IMG/VR virus record: IMGVR_UViG_3300016659_000208
Location: 1 to 59,143 of that record
Source of the DNA: a virus
Lineage: Duplodnaviria; Caudoviricetes
Length of the DNA: 59,143 nt
Strand: one strand, 5' to 3'
The notes below the pieces were generated by a model. It was not told the origin of the DNA and ran no database searches. It was given only the letters and a program-made list of their open reading frames with translations. This document shows, in pieces, positions 38,223 through 47,772 of this stretch (the stretch's first letter is position 1; each line of letters opens with the position of its first letter). Made by a program: the position numbers and the translations under genes.

Positions 38223-39044
38223 ATGGATTTTTATTTAAATTGTTGGGTACCTTCGTTGAGTGGGTTTTACAAGGTTCGTGAATTAAAAAACTGTCAATTA
38301 CTAGCTTTGTCAAAATATATTTTAAATGAAGATCACCCAGGTACTTCAGACTGCTTTGAGAAGATTATAAATGAAAATGTTGTTGATAATGATCTACAAC
38401 TTACCCGCTTCGATAAATGGTTTGTTTTGTGTTTTTTAAGAGCTGCCAACATTTCACACATTATTAATCTTCAAACAACTAACAAAGAAAATATACCGTG
38501 TAACATAGAGTTATCTCTATTTGATATCCTAAGTAGGCTGTCCGAAAGTATATCAATTCCAGTTTTAAATATAAATTTAGAAAAATTTAATTTTGAGTTA
38601 ACCCCAGCAAATTATCTTTATAGTAAAGATAATATTCTTAATGCTACAAGTAAAATAATATTCAACAAAACAAACACGATTAATTTAAAGGAAGCAGAAC
38701 TGATTTATAGAAAATTTACTAATATTAATTTATATATCTCGCAAAAAGTATTAGCCTATGATAGCGGTTCATCACATTTTATTATTAACAACACAAACCC
38801 TTCTTTAAATTTAAAAAGCTTGCCGGTTAGGCTTTTTGACAATAGTTTGTATTTTTTTGTAAGATCAATCTATCACCCTTATTGTAAAGATCTATATCAG
38901 AAGTTTTTTTATCTTATGAAATATAATGGATTTAGCTTTAATGAGGTTAGTAATTTAACCCCTATAGAAAGTGAGATATTTTTAAACTTGTACAAACAAG
39001 ACGAAAATAATAAAACCCAATCAGAGAGTATTAATATTCAATAA
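38223..39044 (+). CDS. Baseplate hub assembly protein (gp26-like with gp51-like C-terminus)
   Basis: LT.FD..F....LRA (gp26-like); YLMKY..FS..E..NLTP.E..I (gp51-like). Confidence 0.55.
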   Translation: MDFYLNCWVPSLSGFYKVRELKNCQLLALSKYILNEDHPGTSDCFEKIINENVVDNDLQLTRFDKWFVLCFLRAANISHIINLQTTNKENIPCNIELSLFDILSRLSESISIPVLNINLEKFNFELTPANYLYSKDNILNATSKIIFNKTNTINLKEAELIYRKFTNINLYISQKVLAYDSGSSHFIINNTNPSLNLKSLPVRLFDNSLYFFVRSIYHPYCKDLYQKFFYLMKYNGFSFNEVSNLTPIESEIFLNLYKQDENNKTQSESINIQ

Positions 39045-39067
39045 AATATTGGATCAATAAATATTAT

Positions 39068-41020
39068 ATGGAAAATAGTAGTTTATCGAATGTTAGTGAA
39101 GAGCTAGATACTGTTTTGTTAGAGGAAGTTAATAATGATTTAGTCAAGGCTGATGAAGTTGCGCAGAGGCTTTCAGACATTACCCTGCCTGAAGAAATAA
39201 AAGAAAATATAGCCGATTTAACACCGCAGATTACGACAGAAGAGAAAGAAGAGAAACCTTTACTTACCAGGGAGCAAAACCAGTCTGTATTAGATAGCCC
39301 TAATCAGCAGCAACCACCACAAACCATTACAAATAGCTTTGATAAAATGCCTCCTCTTACTACCACTGTTTTACCTCAAGAGAAAGCTGTTAAAATACCT
39401 TCACAGCAATCTTTACAAATACCAGAAGTCCCTATTAACATTAAAGAAAATAATAACAAGTCATTTGATCAAATATCAACAGCAATAAAAAATCCAGCTT
39501 CAAGCACCGCTCCTATTAATGATAAAATAAGTGAGAAAATACAATTTAAAGAGCAACAACCTTATGATTTTAAAGCATTAGAAGAAAAACTCGATGCAAT
39601 TGGTAAGAATCTTTCACCGACACCGTTACCTGATAATCCAACAACTCAAAATTTAACAGCAATAACTACAACTTCAACTAAACAAGAAAATAAATCACCA
39701 CAAATACAACAAGATATAGTTGCTACAAAATCGACAAAAGAACAAACAATACAATCAAATCCTAAGCAGCAATTAGTTCAATCTGCAAAACCCGTAGTAG
39801 ACAATGTACAATTAAAAGATAGCGATTCAACAGCAGCAAACAAAGAACCACAAAAAAATAATAAACCTGATATTTCTCTTAAGGCAATTCCTACTCAGTC
39901 AATCACAGAAAACAATATGACTGTTGTTAAAGAATCGAGCTCGGAAAAATTCTCCATAACAAATAATAATGTTAATAGTACGACTAAAGAAGATCAGACC
40001 CCAAAAACTGTAGTACAGGTACAACAGAAACAAATACCAGTAATGCCAGATGTCACAGATTTAGATAAAAAATTAAAAAAAGAAGTTGCGCACCTGCCTG
40101 ACCCTCCTGCAGTATTTTCTGCTGATGATTTAAAAGTAAATACTACCACAGTATTAAAGCCATTTAATGAGGCACAGCATGTTGATACAGATAAACAACA
40201 GTTTGATAGGAACGGTAATTTATTATCCTCAACTACAGTCACTGATGTAACGAACAACACACAAAATGTAAAAAATACTACTATTAATGAAAAAAATAAA
40301 GACTTACCCAGTTGGGCTACAGGCCCTATTAAAAAATCCAACGATTTTAAATCTAAGACAGTTGCAGCTCAACAAGAACAACCTACAGCTAAAAGGCAAC
40401 CTACACCTACAGATATAACATCAAAATCTTTTAGAACAATTTTTAATACAATAAATAATTTACCCCCAGAATTTGATGCGTTTAATTTAAAATCATCAAT
40501 AGAACGCGGTATCAGGGAAGTTGTTATACCTACCGATGAATCAAAAGGAATAAACGAATTGCTTAATACTTTTCCGTCTGGTAAAAAAACTATTAACCCT
40601 TCACAACAAGAGCCCTCAGCATTGAAGCCGCCTAGGCTTTCGTTTAGCAGCCCGTATCAACCTTATAGCATCACAAGTATGAAATCTCAACCCAATATAG
40701 GTAATCTTGGTGCCAGTGAAAAAGCTCTTGTGAAAGTAAATAAAAATTTAGATGTACTATCTACAAAAATACAGCAAACATATCAGTTACTGTCTACATC
40801 GATGCAAGCTCTCAACAATACAGCAACAGAAATTTTAAGAACTATGCCAAATTTGGCAGTTAGTACAGGTCAAGATTTGCAGCAGGGTAGTTTTAGACGT
40901 AAAAGTTCTTTTACTCCCACAGAGAGTAGGAGCTTAATTGGAACCTATCGTAATAATCTTAATTTGACTCCCAGGGGCTATGTAAATAATACTACATTAC
41001 CAGGTGCTGGTATTTCATAA
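39068..41020 (+). CDS. Low-complexity late protein in the tape-measure/gp29 position
   Basis: 650 aa Q/T/N/P/K-rich; TAAATA(39058-39063)-N4-ATG. Confidence 0.45.
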   Translation: MENSSLSNVSEELDTVLLEEVNNDLVKADEVAQRLSDITLPEEIKENIADLTPQITTEEKEEKPLLTREQNQSVLDSPNQQQPPQTITNSFDKMPPLTTTVLPQEKAVKIPSQQSLQIPEVPINIKENNNKSFDQISTAIKNPASSTAPINDKISEKIQFKEQQPYDFKALEEKLDAIGKNLSPTPLPDNPTTQNLTAITTTSTKQENKSPQIQQDIVATKSTKEQTIQSNPKQQLVQSAKPVVDNVQLKDSDSTAANKEPQKNNKPDISLKAIPTQSITENNMTVVKESSSEKFSITNNNVNSTTKEDQTPKTVVQVQQKQIPVMPDVTDLDKKLKKEVAHLPDPPAVFSADDLKVNTTTVLKPFNEAQHVDTDKQQFDRNGNLLSSTTVTDVTNNTQNVKNTTINEKNKDLPSWATGPIKKSNDFKSKTVAAQQEQPTAKRQPTPTDITSKSFRTIFNTINNLPPEFDAFNLKSSIERGIREVVIPTDESKGINELLNTFPSGKKTINPSQQEPSALKPPRLSFSSPYQPYSITSMKSQPNIGNLGASEKALVKVNKNLDVLSTKIQQTYQLLSTSMQALNNTATEILRTMPNLAVSTGQDLQQGSFRRKSSFTPTESRSLIGTYRNNLNLTPRGYVNNTTLPGAGIS

Positions 41021-41021
41021 T

Positions 41022-42476
41022 ATGAGCTTATATACTTTTCAGACCGTAGATCCAACAGCGTCATTAATGTATGGTGCTCCTAGACTAATACCTGCTGGTA
41101 TAATTTCTGGCCCAGGTGCAAATAATATAGCTATGGATAGTCCAAGTTTTGGAATGATTGATGTGATTAATAAATTTCAATGGACAACATCACCCCCTTC
41201 ATCGCGCCAAAGAGTACCTGCAATTCTTTTGAAAGAAAAAAGATTAAAAAATAATGCTCTTTATGCACAGGTTGCCTATTATGGTTTAGCGTTAGGTCAA
41301 TCCATTGGTGGTGGCTTAGGTGGACTAACCGCTTTACCAGAACCTATTCGTACTATAGCGCAATCCGTTGTCGGAGGATTTACAGCTACAAAAATTTTCG
41401 AGGTAGGTAGAGCCATAGCTAACGCAGTAGGGTTAGGTAGTAGCGGTGGCGGGGTAATAAGTAATTTATTTCAGAGTGCGGTGGCTTTAGGTGGTGCAAT
41501 TTACGGCGGTACACGCACAGAAGAAGAAATAAGAGCAGGGTTTAATACACTAGCAAGCTTGGGTCAAATTGCAGGTAGAGATTTACCAAGTCAGTTTAAT
41601 ATAGAGGCTTTAAATAGTAGAGTATTAGCACCTTACGAAGGTCTTTATATTACCGAAGATACAAAATTTGTTTATAATTTTCCTTATTTTAGCGATGAAC
41701 AAAACTACATTAGTAATATGTTTGGTGATTATGACGATGTTTTTGGTCTTGGAGGATTAGACCCACTTGGTGCTGCTAGCCTGGCATCTAGTACTAGAGA
41801 TGCGTCTATGTTTGTATCGGGTATAGTTAATTTTGATGCCCCAGGTATATACATCGAAAAACCCAAATTTTTTAATTTTAAAGAGCAAGGAGAACAGTTA
41901 CGGTTTAGATTTCCTTTAATTAATACTGGATGGTCTACCTTCGAGGATGTAAAACGAAATTGGCAGCTTATGTATCTGATAGCTTATCAAAATAGACCAA
42001 ATAGGAGAACTAGAAATTTAATTGACCCCGCAGTTTTATATGAAATAACAATACCAGGTGTTAGATATTATCCTTTTTCTTACATAAGTGAACTCGCTAT
42101 AAATTTTGTAGGTGCTAGAAGACGCATGGAACTTAATGTACCTGTAGTAGGTGGAAGCAGAACAATTACTACGATTGTACCGGATGCTTATATTATAGAC
42201 ATTACATTAACTACATTAGTTTCCGAATCGCAAAATTTTCTTTATGCTCTTTTGCACGATAAACAAGAAATTATTACTACTTCAACAACTAGATCTCCAT
42301 TTGATATTTTAGCTAATGAAGGGGTGAATGCACTCACTAATGCTTATCTTCAGAATTTAAATCCAACAACTCAAACTGGCGCTAATGCAGGATTATCTGA
42401 AATTAATAATCTAGTTGATAAAATATATAGAAATGCTGCTGGTGGAAGCCAAATAAACAACGGGAGCACAAGATGA
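41022..42476 (+). CDS. Baseplate tube-cap (gp48-like) protein
   Basis: Gly/Ala-rich insert, then F.FPL.N, P..Y, I......G, P tube-cap pattern; precedes gp53. Confidence 0.5.
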   Translation: MSLYTFQTVDPTASLMYGAPRLIPAGIISGPGANNIAMDSPSFGMIDVINKFQWTTSPPSSRQRVPAILLKEKRLKNNALYAQVAYYGLALGQSIGGGLGGLTALPEPIRTIAQSVVGGFTATKIFEVGRAIANAVGLGSSGGGVISNLFQSAVALGGAIYGGTRTEEEIRAGFNTLASLGQIAGRDLPSQFNIEALNSRVLAPYEGLYITEDTKFVYNFPYFSDEQNYISNMFGDYDDVFGLGGLDPLGAASLASSTRDASMFVSGIVNFDAPGIYIEKPKFFNFKEQGEQLRFRFPLINTGWSTFEDVKRNWQLMYLIAYQNRPNRRTRNLIDPAVLYEITIPGVRYYPFSYISELAINFVGARRRMELNVPVVGGSRTITTIVPDAYIIDITLTTLVSESQNFLYALLHDKQEIITTSTTRSPFDILANEGVNALTNAYLQNLNPTTQTGANAGLSEINNLVDKIYRNAAGGSQINNGSTR

Positions 42477-42865
42477 TTTCATTAAGCGGGCTAGGCGAAT
42501 TTAGAGGAAATATAAAAGTCTTAAACACTCTTCCTAATGTAAGTTATGAAAATATTTTTAGAACCTATTTTACTGAAAACACAGATTCAACGAACTTTTT
42601 TTATTATAATTTGGTGAACAGCGTGTATTTTCCGGAGAACATACCCCCATCTATCTATTATACAATTACTTTAAATAAGCGACTGCCATGGACAGCTATT
42701 AGTTATAATGAATATAGAACCATAGATCTATGGTGGTTGATAGTGCTTGCAAATAAAATTTTTAATCCTGTATATTATCCTAATCCCGGTTCAACGTTGA
42801 AAATTATTAAACCAGAATATGTAAAAATTATCTTAAGCGATATAATGTCCCAAATAAAACAGTAA
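42473..42865 (+). CDS. gp53: Baseplate wedge gp53 (LysM-like)
   Basis: ISY..Y....LWWLI.LAN.I.NP. Confidence 0.8.
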   Translation: MISLSGLGEFRGNIKVLNTLPNVSYENIFRTYFTENTDSTNFFYYNLVNSVYFPENIPPSIYYTITLNKRLPWTAISYNEYRTIDLWWLIVLANKIFNPVYYPNPGSTLKIIKPEYVKIILSDIMSQIKQ

Positions 42866-44406
42866 TGAACCCTATCATACAAAATTTATCTTTTTCGCCT
42901 CAAGGTGAGCAGGTGTCCATAGGTGATAATATATATAATTTTCATATTCAGCTTATGAATGCCGATGGTCAGAGTATTGGTATAAAATACACTAATGTTG
43001 TCGAGCTTAATATTACCGATGAGCTTGTAGATTTTGCGACTAAAGGACACATTATAATTAATAATGAATTAGATGCAATTGAGAGCGTGCAGAGTGTTTC
43101 CACCGATGTTAGAGGATTAGCACAACAAGCTTTCATCCCATATGTTTTTCGTGGCGATGGGAGGGATTTTTTATTAATTTCAATTGAACCTGGTACATCA
43201 ATTGATTCTGAAGATATGTTTAATACAACTAAAGGTGTCTCAATGACATATGTATTTTCTATTATAGATACTCAGGATATTATTACTGAACAAAGGGATG
43301 TTAAGTTAAAAAAATTAACGTTTTGTGATTATACTGTACAAATTTTAAATGAAAAAAATTCTTATTTTTCGACTAGTGACATTAATAATGCAGGAAGAAG
43401 TAATCTCGAAAGAAGTGCTTACACCGGCGATGCTATTATGGGATTATTAGCTACAACTATTTATAAGGATACTAACATTATACAAAAATTTAGTACAACT
43501 TGGGATCGTGGCAGTGAAAAGATATTTTACAGCAGCCCAGCAAACTATAAAGCTATTGACGATCTGTACTATTTACTAGACTATCACGTTAGCTCTAACG
43601 ATACTGATCACAGTCCAGCAATACTAAGAAAAGATCGTAAAGATGTGTGGACACTTACTCCGCTTTCACGAATTTTCAAGGAGGCTTATTACAGAGGCAA
43701 TTCGACACTAGGGGATACAGGTGGTAGTAGATTAATAGAGAATTTTATTTTAAATAAACCCAATTCGGGTGATTATAATGTATTTAATACAATAAGTCGA
43801 ACCCCGAACACTTCTTTCTTTGCAAATAATTTACCTGATTACAGCTATATTGAAAATTTTGAAAGTGCTGGTATTGCCGCAATTGATAATACCCATGGGG
43901 TAATTACTATTGCTGTACATAATTATGACATTGCCAAAAAACAATTTTCTATAGATCTAGAAGAAAACAATATAAATAAAGTTTTTAAAAAATACAAAAA
44001 AAACTTTGTTCAAACACAAAGAGGTGGACTCGGGGCCCCTGGTCAAAATATATTTTTGAATAAAACCAAAACCGAAAACAAATCTGTAAAAAAAGTTTTT
44101 AATCCAAACACAACTCAAATAACAAGACTTAATTCTGGTCAAAATAAAATTTTGTTAAATACGGTTTTAAACAACGCAGCTATAGGTTTTAAGGCTAGAG
44201 GAAGTGTTTTTAGAGAAGCGGGCAAATTTTTTACTATACAAAGACAAGATTTTGCAAGTGATTCTGCTTTTGATAATAAATTGCTAGGAACTTATCTTAT
44301 TACAAAAGTTGAGCACGTGTTTGAGAACGGTGAATATAGTAATTATATTGTTGGTGTAAAAACATATGTTGCAGATAAATTTAATAATTCGGATGAAGTG
44401 ATATGA
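42865..44406 (+). CDS. Baseplate hub protein (gp27/GPD-like)
   Basis: C-terminal G...R.AG...G.YLIT.V.H.F. Confidence 0.6.
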   Translation: MNPIIQNLSFSPQGEQVSIGDNIYNFHIQLMNADGQSIGIKYTNVVELNITDELVDFATKGHIIINNELDAIESVQSVSTDVRGLAQQAFIPYVFRGDGRDFLLISIEPGTSIDSEDMFNTTKGVSMTYVFSIIDTQDIITEQRDVKLKKLTFCDYTVQILNEKNSYFSTSDINNAGRSNLERSAYTGDAIMGLLATTIYKDTNIIQKFSTTWDRGSEKIFYSSPANYKAIDDLYYLLDYHVSSNDTDHSPAILRKDRKDVWTLTPLSRIFKEAYYRGNSTLGDTGGSRLIENFILNKPNSGDYNVFNTISRTPNTSFFANNLPDYSYIENFESAGIAAIDNTHGVITIAVHNYDIAKKQFSIDLEENNINKVFKKYKKNFVQTQRGGLGAPGQNIFLNKTKTENKSVKKVFNPNTTQITRLNSGQNKILLNTVLNNAAIGFKARGSVFREAGKFFTIQRQDFASDSAFDNKLLGTYLITKVEHVFENGEYSNYIVGVKTYVADKFNNSDEVI

Positions 44407-45230
44407 AGATCACTACTGATCCACAATTAACGAATATAAATCTTTTCTATAAAAAAGATTTTTATGAAAATGCTTCAAATTATATGGAAGCAATAAAAAG
44501 CTATTCAACAGAATTAGAAATTGCTATAAATTATCTTAAATCTAAAGTAGCTAATGATCCTATAACTTCTGAGAGTAATGTATTTATAGACTTAGATAAG
44601 CAAATGAAGTCTATGTCTGCACAATTTGCCGCTTTTTGGATACAAAAATACAATATAGCACATCAAAAAATTAAAAACGAGGTTAATACAAAAATTGGAA
44701 CAGGTACATTCTACAGACCGTTTAGTGATAGTATAGGTATTCTCGGTAGACAGGAAACACTATACGATGAAACGGTTTTATCCGTCGCTAATAATTCTTT
44801 TCCCGTGAGATATGGTGCATCGTTAACGAACAAAATACATCCACAGCGTCAACTTCTTTACGCAGAAAGCAGTGATAAGTTAAATAAAATCTTTAATTCG
44901 AATTTAAAAAATATTCAAGAAAAAGGTGCTAGTTCTAATAGTGCACATGGAGAGAACTTAATACCTGACAGTATACACCTTACAAGAATGCAATCTGTAA
45001 TTGCCTCTCTAAATCAACGTATTAGAGATGAGTTTAAAGAGCTTTATAACGTAATAAGACTCTATTGTGAATATAATGCTCAGAGCTCCGCTCAAAACAT
45101 ACAATTTGTACCAAATTATAACATTACTGTAAAGGTAGAAGGCACCCCTATAAATCAGGATATCCTATTTAATCAATTGCAGGATATTAAAAAGGATATT
45201 ACTACGAAGATAGTGCTGGGTGTAACGTAA
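44403..45230 (+). CDS. Hypothetical protein in the baseplate operon
   Basis: 275 aa; overlaps the upstream stop. Confidence 0.55.
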   Translation: MKITTDPQLTNINLFYKKDFYENASNYMEAIKSYSTELEIAINYLKSKVANDPITSESNVFIDLDKQMKSMSAQFAAFWIQKYNIAHQKIKNEVNTKIGTGTFYRPFSDSIGILGRQETLYDETVLSVANNSFPVRYGASLTNKIHPQRQLLYAESSDKLNKIFNSNLKNIQEKGASSNSAHGENLIPDSIHLTRMQSVIASLNQRIRDEFKELYNVIRLYCEYNAQSSAQNIQFVPNYNITVKVEGTPINQDILFNQLQDIKKDITTKIVLGVT

Positions 45231-45684
45231 TATTGACCGCTTCAGCTTGAGCCTCTATAATTTTAGCTTCATCCATAATACGCTTAAAAACTTCATCCCG
45301 GCTAAGCAACAACCTCTCTCTTCTATCATCATCTTTTAGCATTTTTCTAGATTCGATCTCCATAGCTTTTATCTCTTTAGATGTATCACCTCTAATCTGT
45401 GTGATATGTATATCTTTTATGACAGATAGTGCACTTGCAACAGCTTTCAACGCTTCTGATAAAGCTTCTACTTCCCTACTTTCCGGGTTGTTCATTACAT
45501 AATCTTTTACTCCCTCGACAATGTCTAAGCCTTGTGTAACTAATTTGCCTGTGCTATTGAGAACAAATGCTTCTAGTTTTTCTTTTGGTAATTCAAAATC
45601 ACTCATTAGCTCTTTATTTGCTTTTGTGGTTATTTTTAATTGATCTATAAGATCATTTACACTAAATTCTTTTTCGTCTTCCAT
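45202..45684 (-). CDS. Terminase small subunit (gp16-like)
   Basis: Helical; NPESREVEALSEALKAV resembles the gp16 PRAYEV motif; start revised to ATG 45684 by TAAATA-N4. Confidence 0.5.
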   Translation of the reverse strand: MEDEKEFSVNDLIDQLKITTKANKELMSDFELPKEKLEAFVLNSTGKLVTQGLDIVEGVKDYVMNNPESREVEALSEALKAVASALSVIKDIHITQIRGDTSKEIKAMEIESRKMLKDDDRRERLLLSRDEVFKRIMDEAKIIEAQAEAVNITLHPALSS

Positions 45685-45698
45685 ATTATATTTATCCC

Positions 45699-45726
45699 TT
45701 GAAAATAATATACAATGTATTATCAT
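45699..45726 (+). promoter_or_regulatory. Sigma70-type promoter (leaderless)
   Basis: TTGAAA-N16-TATCAT-N6-ATG(45733). Confidence 0.65.
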
Positions 45727-45732
45727 AGATGT

Positions 45733-46179
45733 ATGAGTATTGTATCCGCTTATGTCCCTTGTATGAAATTTGAAAAGACGCATCCGGATGCCCAATTACC
45801 TAAGAAAAACTTTGATAGTGATTCTGGTTGGGATTTAGTTGCTGTCGAACCGACTGCAATTCCACCACATGGAAGAGCCGTGGTACAGGTAGGTTTAAAA
45901 TTAGCGTATTTGGAACCAGGGTACTGGCTGAGTGTTGAATCGAGATCAGGGCTAAGCTTTAAGCAGGGAATACTTGCTCATCCAGGGATAATTGATCAAA
46001 ACTATAGAGGAGATTTAGGGGTATTATTATATAATCATAGCGATGTACAATATACAGTACAAAAAGGTGATAGAATTGCACAGCTAGTTCTCCATTATAA
46101 TATTCAAATGCAAACAGATTGGGGCACCGTACAGCAAACGGATAGAGGTGAAAAAGGGTTTGGAAGTAGCGGGAAATGA
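45733..46179 (+). CDS. dut: Trimeric dUTPase
   Basis: GWDL, RSGL, GIID.NYRG, RIAQL, RGEKGFGSSG. Confidence 0.93.
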   Translation: MSIVSAYVPCMKFEKTHPDAQLPKKNFDSDSGWDLVAVEPTAIPPHGRAVVQVGLKLAYLEPGYWLSVESRSGLSFKQGILAHPGIIDQNYRGDLGVLLYNHSDVQYTVQKGDRIAQLVLHYNIQMQTDWGTVQQTDRGEKGFGSSGK

Positions 46180-47111
46180 TTGACGTCAATAGAGTATGGA
46201 CGGAGAAATACCGCCCTACAACCTTAGAGGATATTATATTATCAGAAAAAAATAAAATTTTGCTTAAATCGTTCGTAAAAAATGACGAGATACCTAATTT
46301 GCTGTTCTGTGGTCATGCTGGTATTGGTAAAACTACTTCTGCAAAAGTATTAATTAAATTACTGGAGGCTGAATTTATATATCAGAATTGCTCTGAGGTA
46401 GGTATTGATACAGTTAGAAATGATATAACTGGCTTTAGCAGAACAAAAAGTTTTAATGGCAAGAAGAAAATAGTTTTGCTCGATGAAATTGATGGAATAG
46501 CATCTGTGGATGCTCAGCGCTCTCTACGCAATGTATTAGAGGAGTATGCAGGACATTGTAGGTTTATTCTTACTTGTAATTACAAGCACAGAGTAATAGT
46601 ACCTTTACAAAGTAGATGTCAGTCTATAGACTTAGATCCTAACATAACTGATGTTGCGAGAAGGTGTTTATCAATTTTAAAGCAAGAGTCTGTTAATATT
46701 GATGAAAATAATAAAAAAGGGTTAGTAGGGTTAATTAGAAAATATTTTCCAGATATACGTAAATGTATTAACGAGATGCAGAAATATAGCGTAAACGGGG
46801 TTCTATCTATACCCGAACTTACCGTTAATAACGAATTTGTTATTAAAATCATTAATTTAGTTACAGCAAAAAAGATTTTACAGAGCAGAAAATTAATTAT
46901 AGAAAACGAGAGTATTTTTAATGGAGATTATCCATTATTAATGAAAGAAGTATTTGATGAGGTATGCCGAGGTAATTACGGGCTAAAGGAGACACAAAAA
47001 CGTTTATGGTTAGTTACTATAGGTGAATATATATACAGGTCTACACTTGTGCTAGATCAAGAGATTAACTTTTATTGTTTATTATTAGCTTTATCCGAGA
47101 TTACTGGGTAG
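46176..47111 (+). CDS. gp44: Clamp loader large subunit gp44 (RFC-like)
   Basis: WTEKYRP, GIGKTT, LDE.D, SRC, PD.R. Confidence 0.92.
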   Translation: MIDVNRVWTEKYRPTTLEDIILSEKNKILLKSFVKNDEIPNLLFCGHAGIGKTTSAKVLIKLLEAEFIYQNCSEVGIDTVRNDITGFSRTKSFNGKKKIVLLDEIDGIASVDAQRSLRNVLEEYAGHCRFILTCNYKHRVIVPLQSRCQSIDLDPNITDVARRCLSILKQESVNIDENNKKGLVGLIRKYFPDIRKCINEMQKYSVNGVLSIPELTVNNEFVIKIINLVTAKKILQSRKLIIENESIFNGDYPLLMKEVFDEVCRGNYGLKETQKRLWLVTIGEYIYRSTLVLDQEINFYCLLLALSEITG

Positions 47112-47703
47112 GTAGATAGCGCGCGGTAGATTTGCTTACTTCAGGTGAACGTTCACCTACAGCCGGGGAACTAGGTATTTGTACATTCACATTGTTAAGT
47201 CTTCTATCGCCTTCACTATCTTTTTTATTACCCAAATCACTAGTTAATGTCTGTCGGTGCGGTAAAACCGTTGTGTTTACCGCTTTATCTAGATTCTCAA
47301 GTTTTGGATCAATATTACTATTGTTATGTCTTTTTAAACTATCTGGGACTGGTGCTAAATTAGGATATGTATGTATTGGTTCTAATATTCTCGCGGGTAC
47401 TGTAATAAATTCACGGTAAAGTCCAGGGGCAATCTCTTGTACAAGATCTATTAAGAATGATTCAGCTTCATTTTGTATATCACCTGAATGAATGGTTGGT
47501 CTTACCGCTTTTATAGCACTAACTCTTAAGTTTAAACCACCATCCGCAAAAGATTTAGCCTTTGCAACATAATTCGGACTTTGATCTTTAAAGAAATCAT
47601 CACGAAAAGCGGTTTCTGTAAATTTGACCAAATCACCTGTTAAAAACCCACCTCTAGTAAATCTTTGTATAGCAGATTCATAGAGTTTGACAAATTTACT
47701 CAT
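47101..47703 (-). CDS. Hypothetical late protein, probably virion-associated
   Basis: MSKFVKLYES leader; TATAAATA(47717-47710)-N6-ATG. Confidence 0.55.
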   Translation of the reverse strand: MSKFVKLYESAIQRFTRGGFLTGDLVKFTETAFRDDFFKDQSPNYVAKAKSFADGGLNLRVSAIKAVRPTIHSGDIQNEAESFLIDLVQEIAPGLYREFITVPARILEPIHTYPNLAPVPDSLKRHNNSNIDPKLENLDKAVNTTVLPHRQTLTSDLGNKKDSEGDRRLNNVNVQIPSSPAVGERSPEVSKSTARYLPTQ

Positions 47704-47772
47704 ACATATTATTTATACTTCAAGCATTACAAATAAATACTTTTGTAACAAATATTACCTAATAAATAAATT

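Noticed and set aside
45715-45732. Upstream dUTPase start (MYYHRC)
   Set aside because: It lies inside the predicted promoter; ATG 45733 fits the N6 rule
45685-45795. N-terminal extension of the 197 aa ORF
   Set aside because: It overlaps dUTPase and its promoter; the late box supports ATG 45684
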